Shown in pieces: positions 60,401 through 64,000 of a stretch of DNA of 64,000 bases. Source of the stretch: a virus (taxonomy: Duplodnaviria; Caudoviricetes); the IMG/VR virus record IMGVR_UViG_3300031466_000058, positions 1 through 64,000 of that record. The stretch is one strand, 5' to 3'. The stretch's first letter is position 1, and each line of letters begins with the position of its first letter. The notes beneath the pieces are model-generated. The model was not told where the DNA came from and did not search any database. It saw nothing but the letters and a program-made list of their open reading frames with translations. Both the position numbers and the translations under genes were made by a program.

Positions 60401-63400
60401 TTTTTCCAATGTAGGAATTTGGTCTTTCATAGCCTCAGTAGATTTTAATACAGCGTTTCCTTCTTCGTCATAGTGGTCAATTAATGTTGGAAAATTTTCG
60501 ACTAATTGTGCCCTTAAAGCTTGATATTCTTGTTCTTCTTCTGTTGTTCTATTTGCTTTATCTGCCAATTTATCATATTGGTTAATTAAATCTTCTAAAC
60601 CTTTAGCAGAACCTACTTTATGGAAAGCTTCAACCATTCTGTTTTGTTGTTTTTCAAATTCTTCTGCTTCACGTTTTGCTTCTGCCATCTTTCCGATAAA
60701 GTGTTCAATTAGCATACCTACTCCAACAAAGACAGCACCTATTACGGTAGAAGCTAAAGCACCTTTTATGCTAGCACCTAAAGTCTTGGCTGCTGTTGTA
60801 GCACCGTTCATAGCGGTTTCTACACCTTTAGTTGCTGTGGTTGTTGCTAGCATAGTTTTTTGTGCTGTTTGCATTTCTTGTGCAGTTATGCGAGATTCTT
60901 TTCCTAAAGATGTAACTTTATCAATTAATCCAACAAATCCAGAATGAATCTTGCTTAAATATCCAAATTTACCCATTACTCCTGCAATAGCTAAGAATAA
61001 TGCAGGTAAAGCACCGAACTTATCTATTAAGTCAGTAACAACTTGTGCAAGTGATTTACCTAGTTCAATTAAAGTCATCATCCCATCGCTAAGTATAGCG
61101 TCTCCAACAGATAACGCCAACTCTGTGAATCCTACTTTAAGCTGATTGATTCTAGCTTCGAAGGATTCTAGGTACTTATCATTCTCACGCATAGCAGAAC
61201 CTTGTGATGTTAAAGCGGTAGTTGTAGCTTCTATAGCCATATCCCAGTTGTTCATCATGGCTAAGAAACGTGATAATTGATAACGTCCTGCTAACGTTAC
61301 ACCGATCTGTTGTCTTTGAGCGTCACTCAATTCATCCCACTTAGAACCTAAATCTGATAGAATGTCTTGAACAGGTCTTACGTTGCCCTCCATATCTTTA
61401 ATCTGAACGTTTACACTATTAAGGATTGTTTCTGCATCATCCATAGTTGTAATACGAGAATAGATAGTTTTAAGTGCGTTACCGATAATCTTACCGCTCT
61501 CTTGCGTTACAGCAGAAATGGCTGTAATATGACCGACAGATTCTTCCATTGTTACACCGAATGTTTTAGCAGTAGAAGCTGTCTTAGACAAACCTTCTGC
61601 TAGCTGTTTCGTACTTACAGCGAAGTTGTTGTCAACTTCGTTGAAAGCATCAACAATTCTAATTGATTCTTCGGCTTCAATATTGAATGCGTTCATTGTA
61701 GAAATTAATGCTTCTCCTGCTTCAATAGCAGATAATTCAGAAACGTTAGACATTAATGTAGCTGTATTAGTAATAGCTAATAATTGTCTCTCGTTAAACT
61801 CACCGAATGTACGTGAGAAATCATTTAAAGTCTGCATTACATCATGAACATTATTACCTAATTGTTTAGATAGGTCAACAGCACCTTTAAAGATTTTATC
61901 GATTTGTATATCATCGCTAGCAACACGCTTTAACTCTGTCAAAGCTTTGTCCACTTGTAGAATTTCTCTACTCATAGCTTGAACAGCACGAATGCTTCCG
62001 TAGAACGCTGTCATAGCTGTCATCCAGACAGGCACACGTTCCATAGCAATTCTTAATTGTTCAAACACACCTAAGTTACGGTTGGCGTTATAGTCAAGAC
62101 CTTGTTGCATTTGTCTTAATTCGCCATTAGCTCTATCTAAGTCAACAACATATGATTTTACAGTTTTACCTGTACCTGCCATCTTAATGCGTAAACGGTC
62201 TACCGCACGACCAAGATGGTCAGTTGTTTGTTCCATTTTAACAGTTTCTACTTGACCTTTGTAAATTTGACCTATATAAGCCTGTAAAGCCTGAACGTCT
62301 CTGTTATCTACAGCAGTTCTTATATTTTGAGCCATCACAGCGTCATTAACGTTTGTAGGTTGCCCAGATAATAATACTTTACCTTCACTTATAACTCGTT
62401 TATTTTCGTCTCGTAAATCCTTAACTTGTTTATTAACTCTGTAGTATAATTTTTCTAGGTCAGCGTAGCCTTTCATAGCTACGTTTTGCATGTTTCTAAT
62501 ACTTTTTTCGATTTCCTCTGCTGTTTGATTTTGCATTCTTCCGTATTCTCTTAGTTTACGTTCAGCTTTGTCCATAAGAGCTATAGTTCTATCTAACTCT
62601 TTATCGTTGTCGTTGCTATTTCTTAAAGCATTCATCTGTTTCTGGATTTCAATCCAGTCTCTAGCATGCTTTGCTCTTTCAGCCATATGTTTAATTTCTC
62701 TGATAAGTCTATTAGATGTTTCATCGTCAGACGGAGTTTGTCTTTCGATTCTTCTTAATTCTCTTAGCAATTGTATACGTTTTTTAGTATTTTCTAAAAT
62801 TTTCTTCTGATTCGTTTCACGTTTCTTTTCTTCGTCTTGCAATCTTCGAAGTTCTAATCTTTGTTCTGCAATAGAAGAAGTACCTTCTTTAACGTTTTTA
62901 ATTAATTGCTGATAAGGTTTAATATCGAACATAGAGCCATCTTTTTGAATACCTCTGTCTCTGGCAACACGAATGTCTCTAAGTAGTTTTTGTCTTTCAA
63001 TATATTCTTTGTTTGTCTTATCAATTTGTTGTTGCAACACTTGCTCTTCTTTAATTTGTCTTTTAAGGTCTTTTACAGCGTCATTAGTTAGTGTTCCTTG
63101 CCCTGCTCTTCTCTCTAATTCAGCGTAAGAACTCCATAAAGCATCTTTGCCTTTACTATCTTGTAGCTTTTGAATTTCAGCACTTAAAGACCTTAGAGAT
63201 TGAGTTGCTTTGTGAACATGCTTTTGTGTAGCATCTACAGTTTCTTGTGTGATAGGAGTGAATTTACCTGCTTCTTTATTCCACTCATATCTAATTTTAT
63301 GTACAACACCATTAGCTTTTTCTAACTGTGCAACGAAACCTCTTACATTACCTTCGGCATCACGAAACTCACTAAATCCAAATAGACCGCTACCTGTTTT

Positions 63401-63901
63401 TGGACTATACATTTGACGTAGAGCTTTTTCAGCTTCTTTAATTTCGTCAATCATTTGATAAGTCATAGAATTTGAAGAGCGTTTTCCACCTTGCCCTGCT
63501 CCACTAATTACTCGGTTATGCTTGTTGACTTGCTCTTGCATTTTTTTGACTTGTTCGCCATATTTCTTATTAAATTCATCAACAACTCTATTTACTTCTT
63601 GAAGTTGTTTCCTGATTTGTGTAGCCGAACCTTTAACATCAATTTCAACCTTTATTTTAATAGGTTTTAATGTTTTGGCAGTATTAAGAGACGTTTGTAA
63701 TAGTCTCATTTGTTTCTTTAGTTCGCCAATTTTATAATCTAGTTCAACCTGTAGTTTTACAGGATTTTTTTCTAACTTTTTACTGATTTCTTTAATTTGT
63801 TCTTTGATTCTAGGTAAGCTACCTTTAACATCTAGCTCTGCTCTTATTTTTACAACCTGTGCTTTTAAGAGCATATTTAAATCATTTTGTCCTGCCAACA
63901 T
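54479..63901 (-). CDS. Tape measure protein (3140 aa) with lytic transglycosylase domain
   Basis: TP901-type core (VDNNFAVS, IGNALKTIYSR), IHSPSRVF, SLT motif ESGGNPRAIN...GLMQ, long coiled coils. Confidence 0.95.
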   Translation of the reverse strand: MLAGQNDLNMLLKAQVVKIRAELDVKGSLPRIKEQIKEISKKLEKNPVKLQVELDYKIGELKKQMRLLQTSLNTAKTLKPIKIKVEIDVKGSATQIRKQLQEVNRVVDEFNKKYGEQVKKMQEQVNKHNRVISGAGQGGKRSSNSMTYQMIDEIKEAEKALRQMYSPKTGSGLFGFSEFRDAEGNVRGFVAQLEKANGVVHKIRYEWNKEAGKFTPITQETVDATQKHVHKATQSLRSLSAEIQKLQDSKGKDALWSSYAELERRAGQGTLTNDAVKDLKRQIKEEQVLQQQIDKTNKEYIERQKLLRDIRVARDRGIQKDGSMFDIKPYQQLIKNVKEGTSSIAEQRLELRRLQDEEKKRETNQKKILENTKKRIQLLRELRRIERQTPSDDETSNRLIREIKHMAERAKHARDWIEIQKQMNALRNSNDNDKELDRTIALMDKAERKLREYGRMQNQTAEEIEKSIRNMQNVAMKGYADLEKLYYRVNKQVKDLRDENKRVISEGKVLLSGQPTNVNDAVMAQNIRTAVDNRDVQALQAYIGQIYKGQVETVKMEQTTDHLGRAVDRLRIKMAGTGKTVKSYVVDLDRANGELRQMQQGLDYNANRNLGVFEQLRIAMERVPVWMTAMTAFYGSIRAVQAMSREILQVDKALTELKRVASDDIQIDKIFKGAVDLSKQLGNNVHDVMQTLNDFSRTFGEFNERQLLAITNTATLMSNVSELSAIEAGEALISTMNAFNIEAEESIRIVDAFNEVDNNFAVSTKQLAEGLSKTASTAKTFGVTMEESVGHITAISAVTQESGKIIGNALKTIYSRITTMDDAETILNSVNVQIKDMEGNVRPVQDILSDLGSKWDELSDAQRQQIGVTLAGRYQLSRFLAMMNNWDMAIEATTTALTSQGSAMRENDKYLESFEARINQLKVGFTELALSVGDAILSDGMMTLIELGKSLAQVVTDLIDKFGALPALFLAIAGVMGKFGYLSKIHSGFVGLIDKVTSLGKESRITAQEMQTAQKTMLATTTATKGVETAMNGATTAAKTLGASIKGALASTVIGAVFVGVGMLIEHFIGKMAEAKREAEEFEKQQNRMVEAFHKVGSAKGLEDLINQYDKLADKANRTTEEEQEYQALRAQLVENFPTLIDHYDEEGNAVLKSTEAMKDQIPTLEKLSRAKANVTKAEFKEKIEKEVESWNKLSENIEKTSKKIAELRKKPETSEVPMVTGYEVFAMPENSTIKTKDGKGVIEINNAKALAKEEQKLLQLQQERAHQLNVINKLISDQTLAYMEVDGVMSKLSDKQIEAIEDYSSSHTKSINKRLKELEKEGASHKEIADFLETKGKAIAQKGTEIAKAYSSAFEEVYKATDGSQASFNDVRTAIDSVASSLDESFYKFKEMDDINDQIVELAQISYEMKTAGEESFGSYIERIKAMGYSTDEATKIVGNLAKEQQNAEIYQQALKQGFEETTSALDDYNASLLETIDLTSALLGDGASEEMKALESNIALIMLYNDKLGESASKHWEYNEALSNTALSLGVSEEQLLKNIENIAFLTQVTGELNPVLNETADGVTAWNELSEEQIEKLKKLGITQDDLLMKYIEHQNWQTAILDVLGLLNAEREAEASATENSKNKTKEDTQAKKENAEATDAQAQAVETLTGKFNTFKEKADTVSRSAYIDTIKQQLEELDGKIIVTQDNTGGLKLAMADGTESQWLNTLQRQLGELGFDLGLVKDDAGNIKLVLNDATGSTTLATIEADAEDAKIALSDTITEHEILKEKAKSLPNDYSQIDFTKLFSGLETTTEKVQFLSEALEGVWENVKFLDSIQGTVDKLKGAMETVRDEIKSLFDSNKGDFGELEREAVKAKEAIKDVQNALSKMNNKAREIPLDAFNGFKKDANEAKEYMKSLKSEVDNLAQKISGLNGASALYAVVMSTIGATTQNAVNKLSEYVTKLQELTGVLSSVAVFNQKLAISQSSISSSMRSVVMTTSTYGTAIASTAGLIAQAYVSMSVIISTKTMAIVNEYQRHGIAVRNLEKVTINAWNDIIKDTRARGGDLVKVIREISNNMKKVFQEGMENIVNVAKKLPSKIGKGVRDHMESASSSMDAVAKDMVKRFKKELGIHSPSRVFEELGGWVIKGLANGLTGEDLKSLGKQVFSDFGGGVFDSWEMIKAYVSNDWSNFASGGYGGGVERWRGVAMKALAMTGQLTPANLERLLFQMRTESGGNPRAINLWDINAKRGTPSKGLMQVIDPTFQAYKMPGYNNIWNPLDNILASIRYTLARYGSLLRGWRGVGYEEGGFIEKEHLAIVGEDDKREVVIPLEQHRTRAVDLWRQAGEELGLLRKIRSYGGFGAYISGGFGALSGEGGSVEGGGGSGTSGIIQPSIYEGGVNLDGDYQFMAFANKKELEALYTWNKNDRTADAYSHAISMIETRMRAMTENTLQYRNALKQVIFESQKLASIEKAELSRLKNRQKQIEKQIKSLGQTSKHSEAQRKKYNELQREYEQNIDKIQSLERSIEETNQKIKNNMTEIFIDWVDEIVGKYNNAIEGITAKVDNIQFELDVLELTDPENIKKELDLLAKRARGYSEQEATIRNMVNHLQKEYDKAVKKYGKSSKEAQKVKQELDNAKESLEDITLQVLRAEKDIEDARGTVADKGISQLKDYYGKMKDMALKAIELEKRELQKAHEEKMKMYDKEIERINNVYDERLKAMDKEKEEAEYQEQLDEKNKKRAELVNKISLLSRDTSVEGRKRVDELRRELEQLDQEIAQFMRERQDKLLREEIENQRKQQIDELEAQKEAEQEDYDTRVEELDKEAGDISKYYDDMLNDERKWAEMRENFIKGSFSTLTQELEEMSKQLARMTQGNFNNLTKGFSGFSEELKQEFAELFGIDISNMNFNSEGLLDQVADAQKSKYGVYIGDGYSVGNPKETTWSGGSSAVIYDAKAPTAPPSSSKSSNKGGKPLKVGGKAKVNVKNAPAYIDSYGRQVRPWADQAKYAGVGYSDPLYVVNIRGGYVALAKRNNINDAIAWVRERDVIGLRTGGYTGEWAGQDGKLALLHKKELVLNEKQTSHILDTAKIMDKVRRIMPDIKRSSVIDKLATAGTIVNNITYGDINVTVEGGDKKKAKDIATEILKGIKKKGR

Positions 63902-64000
63902 TTTTCACCCCTTTTTATAATCCAAAAAGAGTATTTTAGCAATACCCTTAATTCTTTTTATTAATGTTTACTATATTAACTTAATAAACATTAATGAAAG

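Noticed and set aside
44220-62810. Many short + strand ORFs opposite tail genes, and - strand ORFs opposite metabolic genes
   Set aside because: They are antisense shadows of long genes, without RBS or recognisable motifs.
1-64000. Stop-codon reassignment
   Set aside because: Long genes are intact in the standard code and end in all three stops; internal stops are confined to small decayed genes.

Overview
This window is part of a large, AT-rich, long-tailed phage or prophage of Bacillaceae, organised like SPbeta or Tsamsa. The + strand (1-39.0 kb) carries replication and nucleotide-metabolism genes: gyrB/gyrA, nrdH-nrdI-nrdE-nrdF, dUTPase, RNA ligase with Pnk-HD, uracil permease, DNA ligase, ThyA, DHFR, ClpP-like protease, HD nucleotidase, thymidine kinase, DnaE and RuvC. 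Many near-consensus sigma-A promoters drive these genes. The - strand (39.2-63.9 kb) carries tape measure, Dit, Tal, tail fibres, a dual-catalytic endolysin and a holin. The two arms converge at a bidirectional terminator near 39.15 kb. Selfish elements are abundant: an intein and two group I introns in nrdE, free-standing LAGLIDADG and GIY-YIG genes, endonuclease relics, and a TnpB-only IS200/IS605 element inside a LAGLIDADG gene. Best candidates for new biology: (1) an array of tiny accessory genes whose junctions carry an 18-bp ATAAAA-N6-TTTTAT inverted repeat overlapping the upstream stop codon, resembling a cassette system; (2) a ~266-aa HNH-like domain inserted in frame in ThyA with no intein or intron signatures; (3) an orphan MazE C-terminal mimic in the array; (4) possible donor-strand linkage of tail Ig-like proteins; (5) an antisense sigma-A promoter in the lysis module. 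All calls come from reading motifs by eye; no database searches were run.
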